From the NCBI GenBank assembly GCA_043228905.1, contig JBHGNT010000001.1:25730001-25794000 (forward strand): a DNA stretch of 64,000 nucleotides, written 5' to 3'. The DNA is from Azolla caroliniana. Lineage: Eukaryota; Plantae; Polypodiophyta. Within the stretch, counting starts at the first letter, position 1; each line of letters begins with the position of its first letter. The position numbers and the translations under genes were made by a program. Shown here in pieces: positions 52,602 to 64,000 of this stretch. The notes beneath the pieces were generated by a model that searched no databases, was not told where the DNA came from, and was given only the letters and a program-made list of their open reading frames with translations.

Positions 52602-55600
52602 TGTTGAGCAAGCAAGCTCAACCGGATCCGGATCGGCATCCGGAAGGATGAGCCCGGTCGGTATCCGGAAACAACCAGCCGGATTGGGGAGCCAGATTCG
52701 AGCGGGAAATGGAAGCCTAGTAGTAGCCTAGAATACTAGGTAATCATTGTCTCGCAGTCAGTGTCAGTCGCATGTGTGAGCATTGAAGTACCTGTCAGTC
52801 CTTTATGGACTTGTATAAATAGTGTTGTTTAGCACGTTCTATGTAAAGAGTTTAAGAGTTAATTTTTTAATATAGTTTTATGTTCTACTCTCTCTGTCTC
52901 CTCCGTGTTTGAAGCTTTTCCATTAAACCTTCATCTCAATTTCTGTTGCTATCCGGCTGAGCTGGTTCTGTCTGACGCTTCCACACATTAACATTCACAT
53001 GGTATCAAAGCGCGAGGGTTGAGAACCTCTGTAGTCGACATTTGCTTCCGAAGACGAACCCTAGAACCCGGTAACAACAAATAGAGAGAAGATATGGACA
53101 AAGGAATGGCGAGTTCACTTACAACAGAGAAGCTCGACTGGAGCAACTATGCGTCCTGGTCATATAAAATGCACCAGTACCTGTTGGGGACTGGATATTG
53201 GTGCTTCGTGGAAGGAACAAATGAAGTAGCACCGAAGTCGTCACACAAAGACTTCCCGGTATGGGAGCAAGGAGCGAGTCGGGTACTATACTGTCTCGCG
53301 TCCGGGTTGCATGATCAAATGCTCAACTACATCAAGGATTCAAAGACGCTGAAGGAGGCTTGGGAAAATCTTCGGAAGATTTTCGCCGCAAGTACCACAA
53401 CTTGTAAGCTGCAGCTTCGGCAAGAGCTGAACAACATCCGGTAAAGAGACATGTCGGTTGCGGACTACACCACCAAGATAAAGGAGATTTGCGACGCACT
53501 CAGGTCCATCAACGTGATGGTGGACAAAGACGAGATGGTACAAATCTACCTCGGTGGTCTAGCGCAAAGGTACGGGCAAATCCGAACAGCAATCTGCACT
53601 CGGGAGAAACCACCGTCCTTCTTCGACTTGCAATCGATGCTGATGGTCGAAGAAAACCACGCGAGTGGGTCAAGGACCACTCAATTGGATGGTCGGATGT
53701 TGTACACGGAGACATATCGGCCCCATGGATGTGGTGGATGAGGTGGGTCGGCACGCAATGGAGGCAGCTAACAAGAGCAGGTCCAAAGGCATAGAGGATG
53801 TGCTGACAGCAGTTCTGGACCCTCCACAAGCAGGGGGAGTCAAAGCGGCGCTGGGAACCGGCAAGGAAAGGCCGAGACGGAATGCTCGTACTATGGCAAA
53901 AAGGGCCACACGAAAAGCGAGTGTTGGAAGAAGCGCGCTGATTCGGAAAAATCCGGATCTGGCAAAACCGGTCGGGAGAACCGGCAAAGCTCGCATTACG
54001 CGGAAGGATCGGAAGTATCCGGAACCGGGAAAACCAGTAAAGGGCTAGCCTTCGTGATGAAGCACAAGGCTAACTCGATGAAGAAGACTACTTCTGGATT
54101 GGAGGAAGTATGGTACGTTGATTCCGGAGCGTCCAACCACATGGCGAGCCATGAAGAGTGGTTCTCTTTTTTGGAGAAACCGGAACAACCGGGGATTGTC
54201 GAAACCGTAGACGACACCCCTCACCCGATTGTGCATGTCGGAGAAGTCCCTTTAAGCCATGTCAGACAAAAGGGGAAGTTGATGAACGTACTACATGTTC
54301 CGACTATCACAAAGAACCTGGTGTCAGTTGGACAAATCGTCGACCAGGGGATGCAGGTGCGGTTTACGCACCTAGGGTACTTCATCGAGGAAGAGGGCCG
54401 GATAATTGCACAAGGGCGCAGAGACGGGAGGATGTTCGTCCTCAACACTAATGATGTCAACACCGCTATCTTTGCGAAAGGGCAAAAGGTCGAATCGGAC
54501 ATCGACCTGTGCCACAAGCGGATCGGCCACGTCAATTATCAGAGGCTTCAAGACCTGCAATCGAAACAAGTCGTTTTCGGTTTGCCGAAATTTAGCGGCT
54601 GGAAGGCCGAAATTTGTGAAGCCTACCAACTCGGGAAGCAACACCGGCTTCCATTTCCCACCGATCGAAACCGGAGCCATAACAAGCTTGATTTAATCCA
54701 TTCGGATGTGTGGGGATCGACACAAAACGTTAGTCTTGGCAGGAACCGGTATTTCGTCTCCTTCATCGACGATTACAACCAACACACGTGGATCTACCTC
54801 ATCGAGAGGAAGAGCGAAGTCTTCAAGTGTTTCTAGAACCTTCAAAGCTTGGTTGAACGGGAAACGGAGAGGAAGATCAAGTGCTTGCGGTCGGATGGCG
54901 GGAAAGAATACTTTTCCGGCCAATTCAACAGTTACCTGCAACAGAACGGAATTCGGAGAGAATTCAGCTGCAGGTACACACCGGAGCAAAACGGTGTGGC
55001 CGAAAGGAAGAACCAATCAATTGTCGACGCGGCAAGGGCAATGTTGGAGGAGAAGAGCATGCTCCATTTCTACTGGGCCGAGGCGGTCCGGACAAAACCG
55101 GATCAGTGACAAGGTGTTAGCACATGTGCTGAATTTCGGGCGAAAGCCAAATTTGAGACACCTTCGGATATTTAGTAGCATAGCATATGTGCACGTACCA
55201 GATGAGAAGCGGAAGAAGCTGGATCCGAATTCGGAGAAGTGCATTCTAGTCGATTACTCGCATGAGCAAAAGGGGTATAAGTGCTATAACCCCCAGACTA
55301 AGCAGGTCTGAGGAAGCCAAGATGTCGAGTTTGATGAGACGACATCATGGTACTCCTTATCGACTCCAACTCCCGACAAAGACCCGATTCTGGAAGATGA
55401 GGCTAGTGAGCCCAAGGAGGTCCAGGTAGAAGATGAAGACTTCGGCACTCTAGAAGAGAGTCCGATCTCATTCCAGTTAAGTGGACCAAATGAGCGGTTG
55501 AGTCAGGATGACCAGTCGGATGAGGAACCGACGAGTAGTGGAGACTCTGTCGTGCTCTCCCCGTGCAAGGAACCGAGGAGATGGTTCATGCACAAAGAGA

Positions 55601-56973
55601 AGGGGAAGAAGAAGATGTCGGAATACGAAACCGGCAACGTTGAGTCAGATCGGAGCGAATCCGACTCCGGAAAGGATGAAGGCGGATCTTCAAGAACGAA
55701 GTCCGACTTGGCCAAGAAGGGCCCCAAACTGGGTAATACCCAATTATGCCAGTCTTCCCACCTAAAGAACCCCGTTACGTGGTACGGGTACAATGAGCAC
55801 ATGGCGCATCATTATGCGTTCATGACTAAGGTGGCGGAAGTGCGTGAGCCGGAGAGCTACGCAGAAGCGGCAAAGGACGCAAATTGGCGTGCCGCTATGG
55901 AGGAAGAAATGTGGGCACTAGATGCCAACGACACATGGGACCTCGTTGACCCTCCTCGACATTGTAAACCAATCGGTTGCAAATGGGTGTACAAGGTAAA
56001 GTACAATGTCGACGGTTCGGTTAACCGGTACAAGGCCCGGTTAGTGGCGAAGGGATACGCACAGACCCAGGGAATCGATTACAACGAGACCTTCGCCCCG
56101 GTAGCGAAGATGACGACGGTTCGTGTGGTACTGCGGTTGTTGCGGCAAGGGAGTGGCATCTTCACCAGATGGACGTGAAGAATGTGTTTCTTCAAGAACG
56201 GGCCTATAGGATCCAACCTCTTGGCTTTCAGTCGGAAATGAACAAGTTGGCAGTGTGCCGACTCAAGAAGTCGCTTTACGGTCTGAAACAAGCCCCCCGA
56301 GCTTGGAATGCGAAGATCACGCACCGGTTGTGTAAGATGGGGTTTGTGACCTCTAAATCTGACTCGTCGTTGTTCATCCGGCAAGGTCCGGACGATTCGG
56401 TTTGCATCCTACTTTATGTTGATGATGGGGTTTCCATCCTCTAAATCCTACTTGTTGTTGTTCATTCGGCAAGGTCCGGACGACCCGGTTTGCATCACGG
56501 GACCCAGACTCAATGAAATCGGCCGAGTAAAGTCCCAGCTGTCAAACACATTTGAAATAAAGGACCTGGGGGACCTTCATTATTTTCTTGGGATCGAGGT
56601 GATCCGAACCCCCGACGGCATATTGCTCTCACAACGACACTATGTGTTGAATATGTTGTACAAGTTCGGTATGACGGAGTGATGACCTATCTCCACACCC
56701 CTGAACTGAAACTAGAAGCTCTGTCCCAACTTCAGACCGGCCTGCGATGAGAAACGGTTCCGAAAAATCTTCGGAAGCCTGATATACTTAACAATCACTC
56801 GACCCGACCTCAATTGCCCGGTCGAAGTGATCAGCCAGTTCATGCAGAAGCCGACCGTCGAGCACCTTTAGTGCGCACACCGGATACTCCGGTATGTGAG
56901 CAGCACAAAAGACCGGGGACTCTTATACCAGCATGGTATAACCGAAGAACTAGTCGGATATACAGATGCCGAC
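52602..56973 (+). mobile_element. Copia family A, copy 2 (degenerate, 3'-truncated at start of RNase H)
   Basis: LTR 52602-52999 (TGTTGA...TTCACA), PBS TGGTATCAAAGC 53000-53011, gag, WYVDSGAS, integrase HSD/DGGKE/AER, RT YVDD, ends at GYTDAD; many stops and frameshifts. Confidence 0.92.
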
Positions 56974-57537
56974 TCGAGACCGATTTTCCCTGAAATGACG
57001 CAGTCCCGAATAAAGTGATATCGAACATCGATATGCTTGGAGGCATTTTGGTGAACCGGATTTTTTAACAAAGCAATAACACCCTGACTGTCGCTGTAGA
57101 CAACTGGAGCCGAGTCGAGGTCGACTTGTCGAAACGTGTGCGCCAGCCTACCGAGCCATAAAGCTTCTTTTGCCGCGTCGGACGCAACTACATATTCCAC
57201 TTCGGTCGTTGAGGTGGTTGTGCACTCCTGAAGTTTCGACTTCCACGAGAGTGCTCCATTGCCGAATTTTAAACAATATGTGGTTGTTGATTTCCGACTG
57301 TCCACGCAGCCGGCGAAGTCCGAGTCGGTGTAACCGTGTACGCCTGAGGTTGAGTTCAGGCCAAAAAGAATGTCGTGGTCTTTTGTGCCAGCTAGATATC
57401 TGAACACATGCTTGACTGCGTTCCAGTGCGATCGCCTGGGTTATGCATGAATCTGTTGACGACTCCTACGGCGTGAGAAATATCAGGCCATATCGCAACC
57501 ATCGCGTACATAAGGGAGCCGATTGTCAGTGCATACG

Positions 57538-57930
57538 GTACCGACTTCATATCTTCCCCCTCCGGACCGGATGTCGGGCAGTCTCGCTGAGACAGCCAAA
57601 GGTTAATGGGGAGTGGGGTCAAAGCAGACTTGGCTGAGTGCATGTTGAAGCGTTCCAAGACACGACCGATGAAGTCGGTTTGAGACAAGAAAAGTTGTTG
57701 TTTATCGCGATGCCGACTAATCTTCATACCAAGTACCGACTTCATATCTTCCCCCTCCGGACCGGATGTCGGGCAGTCTCGCTGAGACAACCAAAGGTTA
57801 ATGGGGAGTGGGGTCAAAGCAGACTTGGCTGAGTGCATGCTGAAGCGTTCCAAGACACGACCGATGTAGTCCGTTTGAGATAAGAAAAGTTGTTGTTTAT
57901 CGCGATGCCGACTAATCTTCATACCAAGTA
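57538..57930. repeat. In-frame 195-bp tandem duplication inside Copia B RT
   Basis: 65-aa block LGMKISRHRDK...EDMKSV repeated; units start at 57538 and 57733. Confidence 0.95.
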
Positions 57931-58457
57931 TGTGTCTTGCCGAACTGAGGTCCTTCATGGCAAACTTCAACTGCAGTTTTCAAAACTTCGGTGAGCTCTC
58001 CGGCATGTCGACCAGAGAATAGCATGTCGTCCACGTAAATGATGAGGAAGACGGGAGACCCGTCTTGAGCTGTTTTGGTGAAGAGACAGTGGTCCTCATC
58101 ACTCTTGGAGAAGCCGACCGACTGGATGAAGTCGTCGAACTTCTTGTACCACTGTCTGGGTGCCTGTTTCAGGCCGTATAAACTCTTCATGAGTCGGCAG
58201 ACTAGATGTTCTTGGCTGGATGCCACAAAGCCTTTCGGCTACTCCATATAGATTTCCTCCTGTAGGTCACTATGGAGGAATGCCGTTTTTACATCTAGCT
58301 GAATCAGCTCCAAGTTGTTGACAGCCAAGATGTCGAGCATGAAACGAAGGGTTGTCATTTTCACCACTGGTGAAAAGATTTCGTCGAAGTCGACGCCATA
58401 TTCTTGTTGAAATCCCTTTGCAACAAATCTGGCCTTGTACTTTGGGTTGGTCGAGTC

Positions 58458-59182
58458 CATAGATTGATATATTCGCATTCGTGGGATTTTCTATTCGAAT
58501 GAAATCGAATACGCATACATTCGTGTGGTCAAGTATTCGTTTAAAAAAAAGAAGGAAAAAAAGGAGATGAAGTCCCTCCTTTTAGTTTCTTAGGAAAAAA
58601 AAGGGGGACTTGACAATAAAAAAGGGATAATAAAATAGAGAGTTGAGAGAGACTTGACAGTAATAAATTTTCATTGGAGATCTTGATTCTTTACTAAATA
58701 AATAAATAAAATAAAATAAATTTTCGTTTTATTTTTAATAAATAAGTAAAATAAAATAAAGGTTCATTAATTCTTCACCTTTTCTTTTCCCAAAATTTAT
58801 GGATATTTTTACCTGAAATTAAAATTGAGACTTCACATTAATCATGTTTTCATAGTAAAAATAAAAATATTCGTTTTTTTCAAATAAAAAAATCAATTAT
58901 TTAAATTAAATAAAGGTTCATAAACTCTCCTCTTTTTTTATTTGACACTAGAAAGGAGAGTTTATACTAATCATATTTTTATAATTTATTAATGAATAAT
59001 TGCTCTTTTTTTTAGTGAATTAAATTTATTTATTTTTAAATTAATTAATTAATTAATTTTTTGTATATTTATTTTACAAAACGAATGGTTTTTAAATATT
59101 CTTAGGGCCATTTTGTATTGTTGAATATTGCGAATACCACGCATGGAGAATCTGACGAATATCACGCATGTGTCAATCTATG
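58458..59182. mobile_element. hAT-like MITE (725 bp) inserted in Copia B
   Basis: TIR CATAGATTGA/TCAATCTATG; perfect 8-bp TSD GTCGAGTC (58450-58457, 59183-59190); AT-rich non-coding core. Confidence 0.93.
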
Positions 59183-60679
59183 GTCGAGTCGAATGTCTCT
59201 TTTAGTCGATAGACCCACTTACACGGAAGAGCACGTCGATTCTTCGGTAATTTGACCAAGTCCCAAGTCTTGTTTGCGCGAATGGAGTGCATTTCCGACT
59301 CCATCGCCGGATGCCAGGTGGCTGAGTCGGCAGATACCAATGCTTCTTCATAAGACGTTTATTCGCCGGTGTCGGTAAAGAAAATTCCGGGAGAGTACCT
59401 TTCCGGAGGTTGCGACGGTCTCTCAAATCTTCGAGGTATGACTGGACTGATCGCACCGGGTATAGGTGTCGGATGGTCGGAAGCCGAGCCATTCAGCTGT
59501 GCTGAATTGGTGGATTCAGGACGAGAGGTGTTGGTTACCCGTGAAACTGATCTCGTGTTGTGGGTTGGGCCTTCATGAAGGGTTGGCACTTCGGAAAATA
59601 TTACCCTTCGGGCTTCAATAAGCCTTTCGACCATTTTATGCATAGCCGACTCGTTGAACACGACGTCCGAACTTCGGACGATTTGTTTGTGCTTGAGGTC
59701 CCAGAGTTGGTATCCGATCTTGCCATCGGGTCCGTATCCAAGGAAACTACATTTCCTTGATCTTGGTTCGAGTTTCCGGCGGTCGTCTTTCGGTATGAGG
59801 GCATACACCTCGCAACCGAAGATCCTCAGCTTGTCATAATTCGGCTTACTGTCGGTCCATGTTTCCTGAGGTATTTTAAGTCCTAGAGGTCTACTTGGCG
59901 ACATATTTATTATGTGTACTGCCATAAGTAGAGCCTCCACCCAGAAACCATCCGACAATCCGGAGTGTTGGAGCATGGATATTATGCGTTCTTGAATCGT
60001 CTGATTCATGCGTTCAACAATTCCGTTCTGCTCCGGACTATAGGGTGTCGTATATTGACGTCGAATGCCGCGTTCCCGGCAAAATTTGCCGAATTCTTCT
60101 GACTTGAATTCTCCTCCATTATCGGTTCGGAGACATTTTAGTTCCCGACCAGTCTGGCTTTCGACCATTGCAAGCCATTCGGAGAATATCGAGAACACTC
60201 GATCTTTGGTTCTAATGGGGTAAGCCCACACCTTCTGAGTCGAGTCGTCAATAAAACTGACGAAGTACGAAGCACCGCTGAGAGACTGATGTGGCATTGG
60301 GCCACAGACGTCTGTGTGAACCAAATCGAGGGGACTCGATTCTCTTGGTGCTAATGTCGGGTGTGATGCAGCTACCTGTTTGCCGTACTGGCAATCCTCG
60401 CAGAATTGGTGATCCGAGAAGGAGAGCTTGGGGATGTAACCAGCTCTGGATAGGTGCGTTATGCCGGCCTTCCTAAGGTGTCCAAGTTGTCTGTGCCATA
60501 ACAATGACACAGGGATATCAACCAAAAATAAGTCACCCTCTTTGAGTGTGACATATAAAGGGTACAAAGAGTGTACCTTTGGTCCTTGAGCAAGCAGGAG
60601 GTTCCCTTTGTGGAGTGTCCACCCTCCTGATCAGAACCTGGCATCGATGCCGGCTTCGTCAAGTTGTCCGACTGAGATC

Positions 60680-61140
60680 TGTCATGATAAAAGTCACATC
60701 ATGCATCGAAAGGATCATGACACTCACATTATGACTCGAAAGGATTTGAACCCACGACCTTATTGTACACATGTCAAATCCTTAACCATTGTATTAATAT
60801 TCTTATATGTATAGTCGCTAGAATATGAAATCTAATATCATAGGAATATTCTATATTACTCTACATTCTAGAATGACCTAGAATATTCTAGAGTGTTCTA
60901 TACCACTAGAACCTTCTAGAATACTCTAGAGATCTTCTAGATTACTCTACATTCTAGGATAACCTAGAATATTCTAGAGTGTTCTCTATTACTTATAAAT
61001 AGGGATCTACCACCCATCCCAAACCTAAATTGGTTCAACGCCATTTTGTAGCCTACTCTTTGTAATCCATTTTACGCTTCAATATAATAATTCTCTTTCA
61101 ATTATCTCTCTATCTCTTTTTCTCTCTCTCAGTCTTGACA
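60680..61140 (+). repeat. Gypsy 5' LTR (461 bp)
   Basis: TGTCATGA...TCTTGACA termini; internal TCTAGA-rich repeats 60855-60988; TATAAATA 60994-61001. Confidence 0.88.
60733..60803 (-). promoter_or_regulatory. tRNA-like Pol III cassette inside Gypsy LTR
   Basis: Minus strand TAATACAATGGTTAAGG...AGGTCGTGGGTTCAAATCC; A-box 60786-60796, B-box 60742-60752, 44-nt spacing. Confidence 0.65.
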
Positions 61141-61142
61141 GT

Positions 61143-61154
61143 TTGAACCAATTT
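61143..61154 (+). promoter_or_regulatory. Self-priming PBS
   Basis: TTGAACCAATTT is the perfect reverse complement of AAATTGGTTCAA at 61027-61038; no TGG tRNA-type PBS. Confidence 0.85.
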
Positions 61155-61228
61155 TTTTCCTTTCATCTCTTCGTCTTCCACAAACCCTAACAAGTTCTCT
61201 TCTTCCCTCTCCTCTCCCCTCATAAGCT

Positions 61229-62353
61229 ATGGAGTCCGTGAGCAAACAAGAATACATGCGTGTTCTTTCTGAGCTCGACATGCTCACGAATAAATTTGTG
61301 GCATTAGAGCATGAGAATCAAAGGCTACTTGGAGATCTACAACACGTGAGCGTCGAAAAAGCTCAACAATATGAAGAGTTATCACAGTGGGTTCATCAAC
61401 TTGAGGCGACTATATTGTCATTACGAGAGCAAGCGTCGGGGGCTCAGAACTCCCCTAGAGAGCCAAAGATCAGCCTCCCTACCAAGTTTGATGGTACGAG
61501 GTCTTTATTTCGAGGCTTTTTGAATCAAGTTCGTCTAGTTATTCAGCTACATCCCAATCGGTATCCAACTGATGCTGCTCGTGTGGGATTAGTGGGAACT
61601 TTGCTATGCGGTACGACGTTAGCATGGTTCGCACCACTTCTCGAGAAGAAATCGCCATTGCTAGAGGATTTCGAGGCATTTGTTAAAGAGTTTCAAGCTA
61701 GTTTCGGAGACACCGACAACACTAGGACAGTGATAAACAAGATTCGAAGGCTCCGACAAGGAGATCGTCCCGCGTCGTCTTATGCAGCCGAGTTCCGTCT
61801 CTTGGCATGCGATATCCCTTGGGATGAGGCAGCTTTAATGGATCAATTCCGTCAAGGTTTGAGAAATGATGTCAAAGATCTTCTTCTTACTTTCCCTGAA
61901 GATCTGAAGTCACTTACAGAAGCCATTAGTCGAGCTGTGCGATGTGATAATCGCCTATTTGAGCGACGTTCTGAGCGCCAACAAATGTTACGCCGCCAAC
62001 CTGAGCAGACTTACGCTTCCGTAGTCGCAATGCCTCCACAAGTTTCTAGACCCATTACAAGGGATGGCCCAACTCCGATGGAAATAGAGTCAACACAATG
62101 TCGTGCGCCGTTATCAGATGCTGAGAAGCAACGACGTCGAGCGCATCGCCTCTGCCTGTATTGTGGCGGTCCAGGACATATAGCTGTAAATTGTCCACAT
62201 AAACCTAGGCGTCAAGTATACCAAGTAAGTGCCCATGAAAACCCTACATCGAGTTCTATTGTTACTTCTAATAACATAAATAAGCCTCATAGTCCATGTC
62301 ATGAGAATAGATTTGATGTCTTGAGTCAATTAGAGGATGTGTTAAACGAGTAA
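61229..62353 (+). CDS. Gypsy Gag (PEG10/sushi-like capsid plus CCHC knuckle), 374 aa
   Basis: [35 protein letters not shown]. Confidence 0.92.
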   Translation: MESVSKQEYMRVLSELDMLTNKFVALEHENQRLLGDLQHVSVEKAQQYEELSQWVHQLEATILSLREQASGAQNSPREPKISLPTKFDGTRSLFRGFLNQVRLVIQLHPNRYPTDAARVGLVGTLLCGTTLAWFAPLLEKKSPLLEDFEAFVKEFQASFGDTDNTRTVINKIRRLRQGDRPASSYAAEFRLLACDIPWDEAALMDQFRQGLRNDVKDLLLTFPEDLKSLTEAISRAVRCDNRLFERRSERQQMLRRQPEQTYASVVAMPPQVSRPITRDGPTPMEIESTQCRAPLSDAEKQRRRAHRLCLYCGGPGHIAVNCPHKPRRQVYQVSAHENPTSSSIVTSNNINKPHSPCHENRFDVLSQLEDVLNE

Positions 62354-62392
62354 GTCCGGCCAAAATAGGAGCCATTTGGCTGGACCATCCTA
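62341..62392 (+). promoter_or_regulatory. -1 ribosomal frameshift signal (slippery heptamer plus pseudoknot)
   Basis: G_TTA_AAC 62341-62347, 6-nt spacer, 11-bp stem 62354-62364/62375-62385, loop TAGGA pairs with TCCTA 62388-62392; pol is open in the -1 frame. Confidence 0.82.
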
Positions 62393-64000
62393 GCTATGTA
62401 GAGTTAGTTCCTAGTCGTGGTTCCATTTCATCAAATCAAGTGAGTCGAGTTTTTTCAGCACAAGTTGAGCTTACCACATCTACATGTCATCGAGTCCTAG
62501 CCTCTGCCCTTCTAGATTCTGGAGCCAACTCTTGTTTCATGGATCGTGAATTTTCCTTGTCACAAAACATCCTCTTGAATAAGCTTCCCAACCCAGTAGC
62601 CGTAGGAGTCATTGATGGACGTCCCATAGCATCAGGAGATATAGTCGAGGAGTCCGAGCCAATTAGGATAGTTCTTGGCAATTTGGCAAGCATAATCTCT
62701 TTCAATATTATTCGTAGTCCGGACCACCCAATAGTTCTAGGTCTCCCCTGGTTTGAACTCCATAACCCGAAGATTGATTGGATGAAAAAAACAATTGAGG
62801 AGACCCGGGAAAAAAGCACAAATCTTGCATCCCTCTCTCCTACATGTGCTAATAGATCCCCGGAGTTATCGCCCATCTCTTTACAACAGTTGCGGGAGGA
62901 AGGGGGGAGTGAGGCCATGTTCGTCTTCGCAATAATAGCAACTCCATCATCCACTTCACGTGAAGCGGATATTAAACTACCAGAGAAATACAAGGAGTTT
63001 TCAGATGTCTTTGATAAGGTGAAGGCCAATACATTGCCGGAGCATCGGCCATACGACTGCCCTATTGACTTACAACCAGGGAAAGAACCTCCATGGGGCC
63101 CAATTTATAATCTCTCCCATGTAGAGCTAGAGACTTTGCGGGAATATATTGATGAGAATCTGGCAAACGGATTCATTCGGCATTCTAGATCCCCTGCTGG
63201 TGCACCTATCTTCTTCGTTAAGAAGAAGAATGGGACTCTTCGGTTGGTCATGGATTATCGAGGGCTAAACAAAGTGACTATCTGAAATAGATATGCTCTA
63301 CCATTAATCCCGAATCTTTTGGAACGTCTCAGTGGTGCAAAATATTTCACGAAGTTGGACCTTCGCGGAGCATATAATCTAGTTTGGATTTGCCCGGGGG
63401 ATGAATGGAAGACAACTTTCCGCACTCACTATGGACATTTTGAGTATACAGTGATGCCATTTGGTCTCACGAATGCACTTGCTGTTTTCCAACATATGGC
63501 GAACGATATTTTTCGAGATTTTCTTGATATCTTCACTATAGTTTACCTAGATGATATTTTAATCTACTCAAAGACCCAAGAGGAGCATGATGAACATGTT
63601 CGTCAAGTATTGCGCCGACTCCGAGAATATGGTCTCTACGCAAAATTAGAAAAGTGTAGTTTCGGCCAGAATCAAGTGGAATTTTTGGGGTATGTTGTAT
63701 CGTCAAATGGTATTGCTATGAACCCCATGAAGGTACAAGCAATTTTAGAGTGGCAAACGCCCCTTTCAGTGCGTGATGTGCAATGTTTTCTCGGGTTTGC
63801 AAATTTTTATCGAAAATTTATTAAAGATTATTCCAAGGTTGTGCTTCCGCTTACTCAGCTCACACATAAAGATCAACCATTTATATGGAGTTTAGATGCA
63901 GCCGAGGCATTCGAAAGCTTAAAACGAGCATTTACAACGGCACCTATCTTAGCACATGTCGACCCAACAAAACGCTTCATCCTCAAAGTCGATGCATCCG
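62341..64000 (+). pseudogene. Gypsy pol (protease, RT) with one in-frame stop
   Basis: [33 protein letters not shown]; TGA at 63283-63285, probably from CGA. Confidence 0.88.

Larger units (their letters stand above)
56974..60679 (-). mobile_element. Copia family B internal region (integrase, RT, RNase H), degenerate
   Basis: Minus ORFs with WHRQLGH..CEDC, HTDVCGP, DNGGE, YVDD, YTDSD, KHID. Confidence 0.92.
60680..64000 (+). mobile_element. Ty3/Gypsy retrotransposon, Tf1/sushi-type (Tcn1-like); continues past window end
   Basis: LTR 60680-61140, self-complementary PBS, gag, -1 frameshift, protease LLDSGA, RT YLDD. Confidence 0.93.

Overview
Eukaryotic nuclear DNA from a land plant, probably a seed-free lineage (fern, lycophyte or bryophyte); this is inferred from an RTEX-type LINE, a self-priming Tcn1/Tf1-type Gypsy and a tRNA-Trp-primed LTR element. 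Two intact, convergent intron-containing host genes are present: a 9-exon alanine:glyoxylate aminotransferase 2 (26529-30170, +, ending in SKM) and a 5-exon CUE-domain/coiled-coil protein (39573-43320, -). Dense transposon nests flank them. Left: a very young gag-only LTR element (251-3795), an RTEX LINE interrupted by an intact young Copia (7241-12519), and L1 relics. Right: a multi-layer Copia/Gypsy/MITE nest ending in a Gypsy with a self-priming site and a -1 frameshift pseudoknot. The most unusual signal is a degenerate tRNA-like RNA polymerase III cassette (A-box and B-box 43-44 nt apart) at the 5' edge of three unrelated retroelements, antisense to each and pointing outward. All coordinates and comparisons were made by eye; no database searches were run.
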